NCBI GenBank assembly: GCA_009695205.1
Contig: SIBK01000015.1
Coordinates: 859 to 64,858, forward strand
DNA: 64,000 nt
Direction: 5' to 3'
Source: Pedosphaera sp.
Lineage (GTDB): Bacteria > Verrucomicrobiota > Verrucomicrobiia > Limisphaerales > UBA9464
Positions 19,060 through 27,712 of the stretch are shown piece after piece. The notes under the pieces were generated by a model. The model ran no database searches. It saw only the letters and a list, made by a program, of their open reading frames with translations, and was not told where the DNA came from. Both the position numbers and the translations under genes were made by a program. Positions within the stretch are counted from its first letter, which is position 1. The number at the start of each line of letters is the position of its first letter.

Positions 19060-20544
19060 TCAGGCGCCGAGCTGCTTTTTGATTTCCTTGAGCTGCGCAA
19101 ACTCCGGCCGCTGGGTGTAAAACTTGTCGAGCGGGTAGCAGCCGCTGATGAGGCCGTTGCGCGGTGCCGTGGTGCAGTCGCTAAAAGTCCGGCAGACGAA
19201 CTTCTTTCCCACCGGTTTGCCCGCGATGGCGTCGGTGAGCATGGACGGATACGAGAGCGCCGCGCGCCCGAGACCGATGGCATCCGCCCATCCCTGCCGT
19301 ACCACGGCGGTGGCGACGGGCGCGAGATACTCCTGCAGATACGTGTAGCCGGAGCCGATGACAAAGAGCCCCTGTGCCGCGCGCGCTTTCACCTGGCGCA
19401 CGGCTTGAATCTGCCGCGCCACATCAATGATCGGATCATACGCTGGCTGGTAGCCATCGCTCGGTGGGAATGCCGCCGGCCGTTGCAGATGCGGTGTGTA
19501 GTAGGGCGAACCCGCGGTGGTGTTCAGCACCTTGATGCCCAGCTCGCCGCAGAGCGCCACGAACATATGGGTCTCCGTGAGGTCGATTTCTGTCGGATCC
19601 TCCGGATTCACGCCGAATCCGTAGCGATACGGCAGGCACGCGGAAAAGTCCTCCGGGATGCCAGGGCCGAGCTTACCCGGTTGGGCGCGGGCGGGATCCG
19701 GCCGGTGCGGTACCTTGTCGAAAAGGCTCAACCGCACGCCGAAGTTGATAGGATTCCCGTCGGCGCGAATGCCCACGATGACCTCGCGCAGGATGCGGGT
19801 GCGGTTTTCGAAACTGCCGCCATACCTGCCCGGTCGAGTGTGCGCGCCGAGAAATTCATGCAGCAGATAGCCGTGGCAGTGTTTCAGATCCACGAAGTCC
19901 GCGCCGACTTCCCACGCCACCCGTGCCGCGCGCACGTAGTCCGCGATCAATTCCTCCACCTCGGCATCGGTAAGCACCTGCTCATCGCTGGCGACGTTGA
20001 ACTTCCGGTCAAGAAGCGGATGACGAAAGGCCACCCGCGATTCCCAGCGGGCTCTGTCGTGTGGCCGGCAGAAGCGCCCGGAGTGCGTGAGTTGGAAGCC
20101 GATCACGAGATCGTCCGTCGTGCCGTAGCGCTCCGTGTGGGCGCCTTTCAGGATGCCTACCAATTCCGCGATGCCCGCCTGGTTCTCCTCCGTGATGACG
20201 AGCTGGTTCGGATTTGCACGACCCTCAGGACACACGGCCATGGCCTCGGCACCGCCGATCATTTTGGCCCCGCTCTCGCCAAAGCGCCGCCAGCGCCGCC
20301 GCATCTCGTCGCTCACCCCTCCCGTAGTCGTGCCGTCCCAGCCTTCCATCGGATGAATAACGATGCGGTTGCCGGGACGTTTGCCGTTGATCAGGACCAC
20401 CGCGGGCTCCCCGAGCGGCGAGGGACTCCCCGCAAACGCCTCGACCGGAAGGTCAATGCCGATTGAAGCGCAGGCTTCCTGGAATTCCGCCAGCGACTTC
20501 AGAGCTCCGAGACGGACAAAGGAAGAAGGTGTATGTGTGCTCAT
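19060..20544 (-). CDS. NADH:flavin oxidoreductase (Old Yellow Enzyme-like)
   Basis: Motifs HSGRF, LKHCHGYLLHEFL and GGSFENRTR. Confidence 0.8.
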   Translation of the reverse strand: MSTHTPSSFVRLGALKSLAEFQEACASIGIDLPVEAFAGSPSPLGEPAVVLINGKRPGNRIVIHPMEGWDGTTTGGVSDEMRRRWRRFGESGAKMIGGAEAMAVCPEGRANPNQLVITEENQAGIAELVGILKGAHTERYGTTDDLVIGFQLTHSGRFCRPHDRARWESRVAFRHPLLDRKFNVASDEQVLTDAEVEELIADYVRAARVAWEVGADFVDLKHCHGYLLHEFLGAHTRPGRYGGSFENRTRILREVIVGIRADGNPINFGVRLSLFDKVPHRPDPARAQPGKLGPGIPEDFSACLPYRYGFGVNPEDPTEIDLTETHMFVALCGELGIKVLNTTAGSPYYTPHLQRPAAFPPSDGYQPAYDPIIDVARQIQAVRQVKARAAQGLFVIGSGYTYLQEYLAPVATAVVRQGWADAIGLGRAALSYPSMLTDAIAGKPVGKKFVCRTFSDCTTAPRNGLISGCYPLDKFYTQRPEFAQLKEIKKQLGA

Positions 20545-20933
20545 GGGTGGACTGCCCTCAGGCTACAGAACGTTCCGACGATGGGAAAGAGCAACAGACC
20601 CGGCCATCGTTTTTTTGGGAAGCCGGTGAGGCTAGAACCAGAAAGGTACATCCCGCTCGTTGTGCGGTAGCAGTCACGGATTTCCCGTAGTCCGCGCCAG
20701 GAAACATGCCCGTCCGCGAACAGGATGTTGCCGCCAGCGGGTCCGTTGTTTTGCCAGTGGCCCGCCCGGGAAGGCGTCTTGCCCATTTCCATCGTGTCGT
20801 TGGGCGCACTGAAGTTCATCAGGCCGATCGAGGGAATGGCGTCGACGGCCAACTCGGTATTAGAGGTGGAACATCGAGTCACGGCCGGAAAAATACCCGT
20901 AGGGTCAAAAAACTCAAACCTACCGATATTCAA
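20541..20933 (-). pseudogene. C-terminal fragment of a prepilin-type (DUF1559 / H-X9-DG-like) protein
   Basis: It contains ...GGNILFADGHVSWR, typical of the C-terminal end of this family. The N-terminal methylation/cleavage helix is missing, and it abuts the IS relic. Confidence 0.55.
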
Positions 20934-20939
20934 CGATTT

Positions 20940-21612
20940 ACAGAGCGATCAGGAGATTGCTCCCAGGCCGTTGCCGCGGTTAAGTCTTGTCGATGAATTG
21001 GAAACGAATGCTGGCGACCATCTCCGGTTCGGTTGATCAGGAACTCCTCCTGCGCAACGAGTATCTGGTGACGGAGAACCGGATTCTCAAGAACCAGATC
21101 AAGGGGCGGTTACAGCTCACGGACCCGGAGCGAATCAGCTTGGCCGAGATCGGCCTGCGTCTCGGCAGCAAAGCCCTGGAGGAAGTTGCGCAGAGTGTTC
21201 GACCTGAAACCATCCTCGCCTGGCACCGCAGGCTTGTCGCCAAGAAGTTCGACGGGTCCAAAAACCGCTCACCCGCCGGTCGTCCCAATACGGATAACTC
21301 CATCGAGGAACTGATCCTCAAGATGGCTCGTGAGAGCCGAAGTTGGGGCTATCGCCGGATTCGATCCGTAAAGGACGAGCTCCTGTCGAAAATGATTTTT
21401 TCCGCAGAAAGCTCTCTCCGCCACTGCCTTGAAAACTACGTGAATCATTTCCACGCGGAACGAAATCACCAAGGCAAGGGCAACGTGATCCTGTTTCCAG
21501 CGCCCGAGGATCGGATCAGTGAAATGTCAGGGGATATACAGACTCGAGAGTGCCTCGGCGGTCTCTTGAAATTTTATTACCGAGATGCCGCATAAGTTTT
21601 TTGTCCATAGGA
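20940..21612 (+). mobile_element. IS relic: rve-type transposase gene (20987-21595) with an in-frame deletion of the DDE core
   Basis: 202-aa ORF. The N-terminal part is LRNEYLVTENRILKNQIKGR...ETILAWHRRLVAKKFDGS...MARESRSWGYRRI. It joins directly to the post-catalytic tail RSVKDELLS...ENYVNHFHAERNHQGKGNVILFP...RECLGGLLKFYYRDAA. Element ends are approximate. Confidence 0.6.
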
Positions 21613-21838
21613 GATGCACGCCAGCAAATCCGCCTCGATATTGCGAAGGTCCTCCCGTCTGTCGAATCCAGAATTCTCTGATCTTTTCCAGGTGGGCAGG
21701 CCAGTTCTGAATCCGTGCATTGAAAATGGGGCGGAGGATTTCGTGCTGGCGGACGTCCATATAGAACGGGCGGATCAATCGCTGAATGCCGTCACGCCCT
21801 CCAATTCGCCGGTAGAGAGTTGGAGAAACAACGGTCAT
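21527..21838 (-). pseudogene. truncated (2-on-2) haemoglobin, N-terminal fragment cut by the IS relic
   Basis: MTVVSPTLYRRIGGRDGIQRLIRPFYMDVRQHEILRPIFNA...HLEKIREFWIRQTGGPSQYRGG matches the trHb pattern. The last ~25 codons are antisense to the transposase 3' end. Confidence 0.55.
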
Positions 21839-21863
21839 TTCAGGCAGCCGGGTACGTGAGAGC

Positions 21864-24578
21864 TTATACGAGCAGAGTGCGGGCCCGTTGGAGTGCCTCG
21901 TCAATCTTGCCAACCTCCTTGCCACCGCCGCGGGCAAAGTCGGGTTTCCCACCGCCCTTGCCACCAATAATCGGAGCAATCGCCTGGATGATCTTACCCG
22001 CCTGAACTTTCGCCGTGTAGTCCGGCGAAACCCCTGCCAGCAACGCAACAGATCCATTCGCATGTCCAGCCAGCACGACGACGCCGTTGAATTGCCCGCG
22101 CAGCGTATCGATGAGGGTCTGGAGTGCGTCGCTGTCTGCGGCTCCAAGATTGGCGGTAATCGTTGGAAAACCATTTACTGTGGTGGCACGCGCCATTAGT
22201 TCCTTCGCATGCCCGGCCGCTTCCCGTTGTTGAGCCGCCCTAAGCGCCTTCTCGAGTTCCTTCTGTTGAACGAGCAGTGATTCAACCTTTTTTTCCAACT
22301 CGGCTATCGGAGAATTCACGCGGATCGCCAATGCCTTGATCAGATCCGTATCCCGACGGCCCGCTTCCCAGGCACTAAGTCCCGCAACGGCTTCAATGCG
22401 TCGTATCCCCGCGGCGACGGCTGCTTCACTAATGATGCGGAACACACCGATCTCCCCCGTCGAACGCGTATGCGTGCCGCCACACAACTCCATCGAGTAA
22501 CCGTCGAGTCGGCCCGCTCCGCCATCGATCTGCACGACCCGGACGACGTCCCCATATTTGTCACCGAAAAACTGCATCACATCTTTCCGGCTTCGAATGT
22601 CCGCGTACGGCACCTCGGACCACGAGACCGAGCCATTTTCAATGATGCGTGCATTGACCAACCGTTCCACATCCAGCAACTGCGCCGGCGTGAGAGACGC
22701 ATGGTTGAAATCAAACGTCAGCTTTTCTGGCGAGACGGCGGAACCCTTTTGGGTGGCCTCGGGACTGACAACTTCATGGAGAGCCCAATGAAGCAGGTGG
22801 GTGACGGTGTGGTGACGTTGAATTGCGGCACGGCGCCGGGCATCGACAGCGAGGTGGACGTGTTGGCCGATAATCGGCGCATCTCCCGGCTCGATAAAGT
22901 GCAGCCAGGTGTTGCCGGATTTCCGTGTTTGGAGGACGTGCCAACGCTGGCTGCCCGCAGTCAAATCACCGGTGTCCCCAACCTGCCCGCCCATTTCCGC
23001 GTAACAAACGGAATTATTCAACACGACAGCGGTCTTGTCTTTGATCGACACCACTTCCAGAACAAATGCGCTCGTGTTCTGATGGTCGAACCCGAGAAAG
23101 TGAGTCGGCGTCTTCGTTTCGATTTGGGATAGTTCGATGACCGTCTTCTTCTGAGACGCTCGAGCCCGAGCCCGTTGTTCGTCCATGAGAGTATTGAATC
23201 CAGCGACATCGACCGTTAGGCCGCGTTCGCGAGCCATCAACTCCGTGAGATCCAGGGGGAAGCCCTGTTCATCATACAATCGGAAGGCAACTGCTCCGGA
23301 AATGTTGCCGTGAGTCGCCGTCTCATTGAAGAGCTCAATCCCCCGATCCAGCGTCTTGTTAAAGCCGACCTCTTCGGTCTGCAAAACCTCCTTCACCGTC
23401 GATAGGCGAGCTCGGATCTCCGGGAAAATGTCCCCCATCGTCCGTGCCGGCACCTCCGCGAGTTTGTAAAAAAACGGTTCCCGAAACCCAAGCGTGCGTC
23501 CGTACCGAACCGCCCGGCGAAGAATCCGGCGAAGGACGTAATTGCGGTCGGTGTTGCCCGGCAAAATGCCATCGGCCACTGCGAAACTAAGTGTGCGAAT
23601 GTGGTCGGCAATCACCCGGAATGCGATGTCGATCTTCTCCTGTTCGGTGTGCTCAATGCACCCCGCCTTAGGAAGAGTCGATGCGTACTTCTTGCCACTC
23701 AACAGTTCGATGGCATCGAAGATCGGCCGGAAGATGTCGGTCTCATAATTCGAAATGCGTGCATTCTGAAAGTCGGAAAACCCATTCGTGCCCTGGATAA
23801 TCGAAGCCACGCGCTCAAAGCCCATCCCGGTATCGACGTGCCTGGCAGGCAGTGCCGAGAATGTGCCGTCCGGGTTGGCATTGAACTGGATGAACACCAG
23901 GTTCCAGATTTCGATGCATCGGGCGTCCCCCTTGTTGACCAGTTGCCCCCGGGTATTACCGCCGGGTGTAAGATCCACATGAAGCTCGGAACACGGACCG
24001 CACGGACCCGTTTCACCCATCATCCAAAAATTATCCTTCTTGTTGCCGTTGACGATGTGAACCGTGGGGTCCAATCCGGCGTCGCGGAAATGCCGGGCCC
24101 ACAAGTCCCACGCCTCCTCATCAAATTCGCTAGGATCCCCCGTGGCTTTGTCCGGCTGATACACGGTGGCGTAGAGGCGATTCTTGGGAAACCGCCACAC
24201 CTCGGTTATGAGTTCCCAGGCCCAATCGATCGCTTCCTTCTTGAAATAGTCTCCAAACGACCAGTTCCCCAGCATCTCGAACAGCGTGTGGTGATAGGTG
24301 TCGAGTCCGACATCATCCAGGTCGTTGTGTTTGCCTCCGGCTCGGATACATTTCTGGGTATCCGCAGCCCGGGTATCCAGGCCCGGCACCGCGCCGGCCC
24401 ACTTCGACACGTCCGCCTTCTTTTGGCCCAGAAAAATCGGCACGAACTGGTTCATGCCAGCGTTGGTAAACAGCAGGTTCGGGCTGTCGGGCATGAGGCT
24501 GGACGAGGGCACGAGCGTGTGCTGCTTCGATCGGAAAAAATCGAGAAAACTCTGACGGATCTCTGAACTAGTCATCAT
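21864..24578 (-). CDS. alaS: alanine--tRNA ligase
   Basis: MMTSSEIRQSFLDFF..., HHTLFEMLGNWSFGDYFK, HTVTHLL and a C-terminal GGKGGGKPDFARGGG. The start is at 24578 or 24575 rather than 24605. Confidence 0.95.
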   Translation of the reverse strand: MMTSSEIRQSFLDFFRSKQHTLVPSSSLMPDSPNLLFTNAGMNQFVPIFLGQKKADVSKWAGAVPGLDTRAADTQKCIRAGGKHNDLDDVGLDTYHHTLFEMLGNWSFGDYFKKEAIDWAWELITEVWRFPKNRLYATVYQPDKATGDPSEFDEEAWDLWARHFRDAGLDPTVHIVNGNKKDNFWMMGETGPCGPCSELHVDLTPGGNTRGQLVNKGDARCIEIWNLVFIQFNANPDGTFSALPARHVDTGMGFERVASIIQGTNGFSDFQNARISNYETDIFRPIFDAIELLSGKKYASTLPKAGCIEHTEQEKIDIAFRVIADHIRTLSFAVADGILPGNTDRNYVLRRILRRAVRYGRTLGFREPFFYKLAEVPARTMGDIFPEIRARLSTVKEVLQTEEVGFNKTLDRGIELFNETATHGNISGAVAFRLYDEQGFPLDLTELMARERGLTVDVAGFNTLMDEQRARARASQKKTVIELSQIETKTPTHFLGFDHQNTSAFVLEVVSIKDKTAVVLNNSVCYAEMGGQVGDTGDLTAGSQRWHVLQTRKSGNTWLHFIEPGDAPIIGQHVHLAVDARRRAAIQRHHTVTHLLHWALHEVVSPEATQKGSAVSPEKLTFDFNHASLTPAQLLDVERLVNARIIENGSVSWSEVPYADIRSRKDVMQFFGDKYGDVVRVVQIDGGAGRLDGYSMELCGGTHTRSTGEIGVFRIISEAAVAAGIRRIEAVAGLSAWEAGRRDTDLIKALAIRVNSPIAELEKKVESLLVQQKELEKALRAAQQREAAGHAKELMARATTVNGFPTITANLGAADSDALQTLIDTLRGQFNGVVVLAGHANGSVALLAGVSPDYTAKVQAGKIIQAIAPIIGGKGGGKPDFARGGGKEVGKIDEALQRARTLLV

Positions 24579-24737
24579 GGGTGGCAAGGACGGCATGGAG
24601 TGCATCGACGATGTCTCAGCCCGAAGGCACCAAGGAACGGATTGGCGTCTCCGGCCGAAACAAACAGGGGGAGAGCGTAGGGAAAATGTGCCGGGGAGGC
24701 GAGGCGGAACTTTTAAGATTCACGGAGCTGCCGGCGT

Positions 24738-26582
24738 TCAGGTTTCCGGTTCCGAACGGAGCTGATTCAACCGCACCAGTCGGGCGAAGGATCGGTTCGC
24801 GGCGACCAATTCCTTCCAGGTCCCCTGTTCAATCAGACGGCCCTGGTCGAGAACGACGATCCAATCGACATTCCGGACCGTAGAAAGGCGGTGAGCGATC
24901 ACCACCACAGTTCGGCCGGCGGTGGCATTCTCCAGCGCGCGCTGCACCTCCTGCTCCGAGGCGGAGTCGAGGGCCGAGGTTGCTTCGTCGAGAATCAAAA
25001 GGCGCGGGTTGCGAATCACCGCCCGGGCAATCGCAAGCCGCTGGCGTTGTCCACCCGAAAGCATCGCGCCACGCTCGCCCACGACAGTGTCGACCCCGAG
25101 GGGGAGGCTGGCAATCATCTCGGAAAGATACGCCGTATCGAGCGCCGCGTGAATCTCCGCGAGGGTTGCATTGAGAAGGCCATAGGCAATGTTGTGGGCG
25201 ATTGTATCGTGAAATAAGAAGGGCTCCTGTTCCACCAGGGCCAGGTTGTGATGCCAGGATTCGGGAGAAAATTCCCAGTAGTCTCGCCCATCCACCCGAA
25301 TGCAACCGGAGCTCGGCGCGCGCAATCGGAGCAGCAAACTCGCCAGTGTGGTCTTGCCCGACCCGGAGCTCCCGACTAACGCGACCCTTTTCCCAGCCGG
25401 AATGGAAAACGACACATTGCGGATCGCCTCCCGCCCGTTTGGATACGAATAGCACAGGTTTTCAAAGCGGATCTGCTCGCGCACTCCACCAAAGACCTCC
25501 GTGCCAAATGGCTTCCAGGGAAACCTCGGCTCCAGCAACCACCTCTCCAGCTCGCGCAGCGACCCGAAGGCGAAAGTTGCCATGCTGTAGTGGGTCATCA
25601 ACTGGTTCAACACCGGCAGCGTCCGTATCAGCATCATGCCGATGACCATTAGCGCTGAGGGTTCGATGTATTTCGGGGCAATGAGCCAATGATAGGCCAC
25701 CACCACCACGATCATCGAACCGAACATCCCCATGGACTCAGCCAAGGGCAGGATGCTGGAGTTGGCGGAGCGGCCGGCTTCCTCAGCGGTCGACAGGACA
25801 TCGTTTGCTTTCTCAAATGCAGCCGTCGTATGGGCTTGAGCTCCCGTGGCTCGAATCACTCGGATTCCAGCCGTAGCCTCGGAAATCTGGCCCGCCAGCA
25901 TCCTATAGTTATGTACCACCTCGATCCCGATCCGTTTCAGCCGGCGGTGCAGCAGGGATGCTGAAAATGCGACAACGAAGACCACAAGCGCCAGGCCGGC
26001 AGCCACCTGCCAGGACTGGCTTACTGCCGCGATGAGGTACGCCATTGCCACGGTCAGGCGCAACACCATGAGCACAAGATTTTCAATCGCCATGGAAGAT
26101 TGCTGGATGGTGGAGGTGAACGCCGAGGCGATCTCTCCCGATTTCCGGGCCTCCAACACCCCGAGATCCATCTGCTGCAACTGAACAAAGAGGTCGGTGC
26201 GAAGATTTCGTACAATGCGCATCAACAAACGGGCGATGAGTCTCAGGCTCATCAGCTGGACCTGCGCCTTGACAAGGACCACGAGCGCGATGAACGCGCA
26301 AAATATCCCGATGTAAAATGTGAGGCTGTGTCCGGGGAACATATGCTGGACACGCCCAGCGAAATCGAACAATCCCTTCACGGGTCGCCCACTCTTGGCG
26401 CCCTCCGCGGACAGGAGTAGATCAATCAACGGAACGAGCAGGGCAACACCGAATACCTCCAGGACTGCCGCAAGCTGGGTCGTGAAGAACGCGGCAACCA
26501 CGAGCCCACGCCCCGGGCGCATGTGGCCGCGCAACCGCCGCACCAAGTTTAACAGTTCAAAAAAGTTTCGAAGATGCCCCAT
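24738..26582 (-). CDS. ABC transporter, fused permease/ATP-binding exporter (MsbA-like)
   Basis: Six TM-like spans, then Walker A GSSGSGKTT, signature LSGGQRQR and Walker B LLILDEATSALD. I place the start at MGHLRNFF (26582). Confidence 0.85.
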   Translation of the reverse strand: MGHLRNFFELLNLVRRLRGHMRPGRGLVVAAFFTTQLAAVLEVFGVALLVPLIDLLLSAEGAKSGRPVKGLFDFAGRVQHMFPGHSLTFYIGIFCAFIALVVLVKAQVQLMSLRLIARLLMRIVRNLRTDLFVQLQQMDLGVLEARKSGEIASAFTSTIQQSSMAIENLVLMVLRLTVAMAYLIAAVSQSWQVAAGLALVVFVVAFSASLLHRRLKRIGIEVVHNYRMLAGQISEATAGIRVIRATGAQAHTTAAFEKANDVLSTAEEAGRSANSSILPLAESMGMFGSMIVVVVAYHWLIAPKYIEPSALMVIGMMLIRTLPVLNQLMTHYSMATFAFGSLRELERWLLEPRFPWKPFGTEVFGGVREQIRFENLCYSYPNGREAIRNVSFSIPAGKRVALVGSSGSGKTTLASLLLRLRAPSSGCIRVDGRDYWEFSPESWHHNLALVEQEPFLFHDTIAHNIAYGLLNATLAEIHAALDTAYLSEMIASLPLGVDTVVGERGAMLSGGQRQRLAIARAVIRNPRLLILDEATSALDSASEQEVQRALENATAGRTVVVIAHRLSTVRNVDWIVVLDQGRLIEQGTWKELVAANRSFARLVRLNQLRSEPET

Positions 26583-26937
26583 TTCGTCATTAAGCGTTCG
26601 CCCGCTGCAGACGTGCGACCGGTCTCCAAAGTGTGCGGCATCGCAACTCACCGTGTCGAGCTCCCCTAAGCCTCCCACCAGCAAAAAGCCCCTTCCTCGC
26701 GGTCCATTCCCAGCCTCGCCGTGCCAACGCCTGGGCCACTTCGTCCCTGCACGGTGGCATTCCGTCGCAACCTGACACAGTTCGCCACGAACCCGCAAAG
26801 GGTCATCGCCTGATTTGCAGCGCCTTGCGATGGCACGGGTCGATTCTACGTAGGCGGCACACCTTACGCTCAAGGAAGCGAGCGCGGGATTCCGCGGAAC
26901 GAATAACAAGACAAAACTGCAATAAGAAAGGAACAAA

Positions 26938-27399
26938 ATGAATCTAAATAGCGTCTGCCGCTCCAATGCCACTCCTGGCTTTCAGCCCTTTGACAGCCTT
27001 CACAACCAGCTGGAACGTCTGTTCAATCCTACGTTCGGTTATCGAACGGAATCGGGCCAGCCAGACCGCCCTTATACGCCTTCACTCGATGTGACGGAAA
27101 ACAAGGACAGCATGGTCGTGAGTATCGAACTTCCGGGCGTCGCCAAGGAAAATGTTCAGGTGACCTTCGATGACGGGGTATTGAGCATCTCCGGCGAGCG
27201 CAAACAGAAGACCCACTCCGAAGACGCCACCTGCCACCTTCGGGAACAGGTCCAAGGTCGCTTTGAACGTCATGTACATCTTCCCAAGCCGATCGATGTC
27301 GCCGCTGTTAAGGCCGCCTACAAGGATGGGGTGCTGACGATTACCCTCCCCAAGGCTGCCGAGGCCCGGCCTCGTCAGATTAATGTGGTAGGGAACTAA
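26938..27399 (+). CDS. Hsp20/alpha-crystallin small heat-shock protein
   Basis: PSLDVTENKDSMVVSIELPGVAKENVQV...GVLSISGERK...GRFERHVHLP...YKDGVLTITLPK. Confidence 0.9.
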   Translation: MNLNSVCRSNATPGFQPFDSLHNQLERLFNPTFGYRTESGQPDRPYTPSLDVTENKDSMVVSIELPGVAKENVQVTFDDGVLSISGERKQKTHSEDATCHLREQVQGRFERHVHLPKPIDVAAVKAAYKDGVLTITLPKAAEARPRQINVVGN

Positions 27400-27449
27400 C
27401 AAGTGTTGTCGGCGCGGAATCAATCTGCGTTGGCACCTGCTGGGAACAA

Positions 27450-27480
27450 CCCCGCATCGGGAAACCGGTGCGGGGCATTT
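27450..27480 (+). terminator. stem-loop / probable terminator after hsp20
   Basis: ccccgcatcgg-GAAA-ccggtgcgggg forms an 11-bp stem (one G-U pair) with a GNRA tetraloop, followed by cattt. The U tract is weak. Confidence 0.45.
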
Positions 27481-27712
27481 GCGTTCGAGGTGACGTCGGT
27501 CGGGCCGCAACAGACGTCGACGCCACGAAGCCCTCAGGAGAAGCCCGCGTTTGGCGAACTTTGCCATTTACTCGATTACCGCAGCTTGCGATGAACTCTG
27601 AGACTTGGAAAAACCATAGAGTCTCGTAATGCCCTTGAACATGATGCCCAATGCAGCCCGTCATCCTCTTCCATCGTGTTTCGCACCGACTCATCGCACC
27701 GCTGGCCGTCGG

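Noticed and set aside
26583-26972. 130-codon N-terminal extension of the ABC exporter ORF.
   Set aside because: The extension has no TM or ABC features. MGHLRNFF at 26582 gives a protein of normal length (614 aa). The extension would also run through the divergent hsp20 promoter region.
27430-27447. ttggcacctgctgggaac resembles a sigma-54 -24 element (TGGCAC). A similar TGGTCAC lies upstream of cstA at about 54480.
   Set aside because: No properly spaced -12 TTGC/GC element exists in either case. In the cstA case the GG-to-GC spacing is off by one and the 'TGC' is part of the start codon context.
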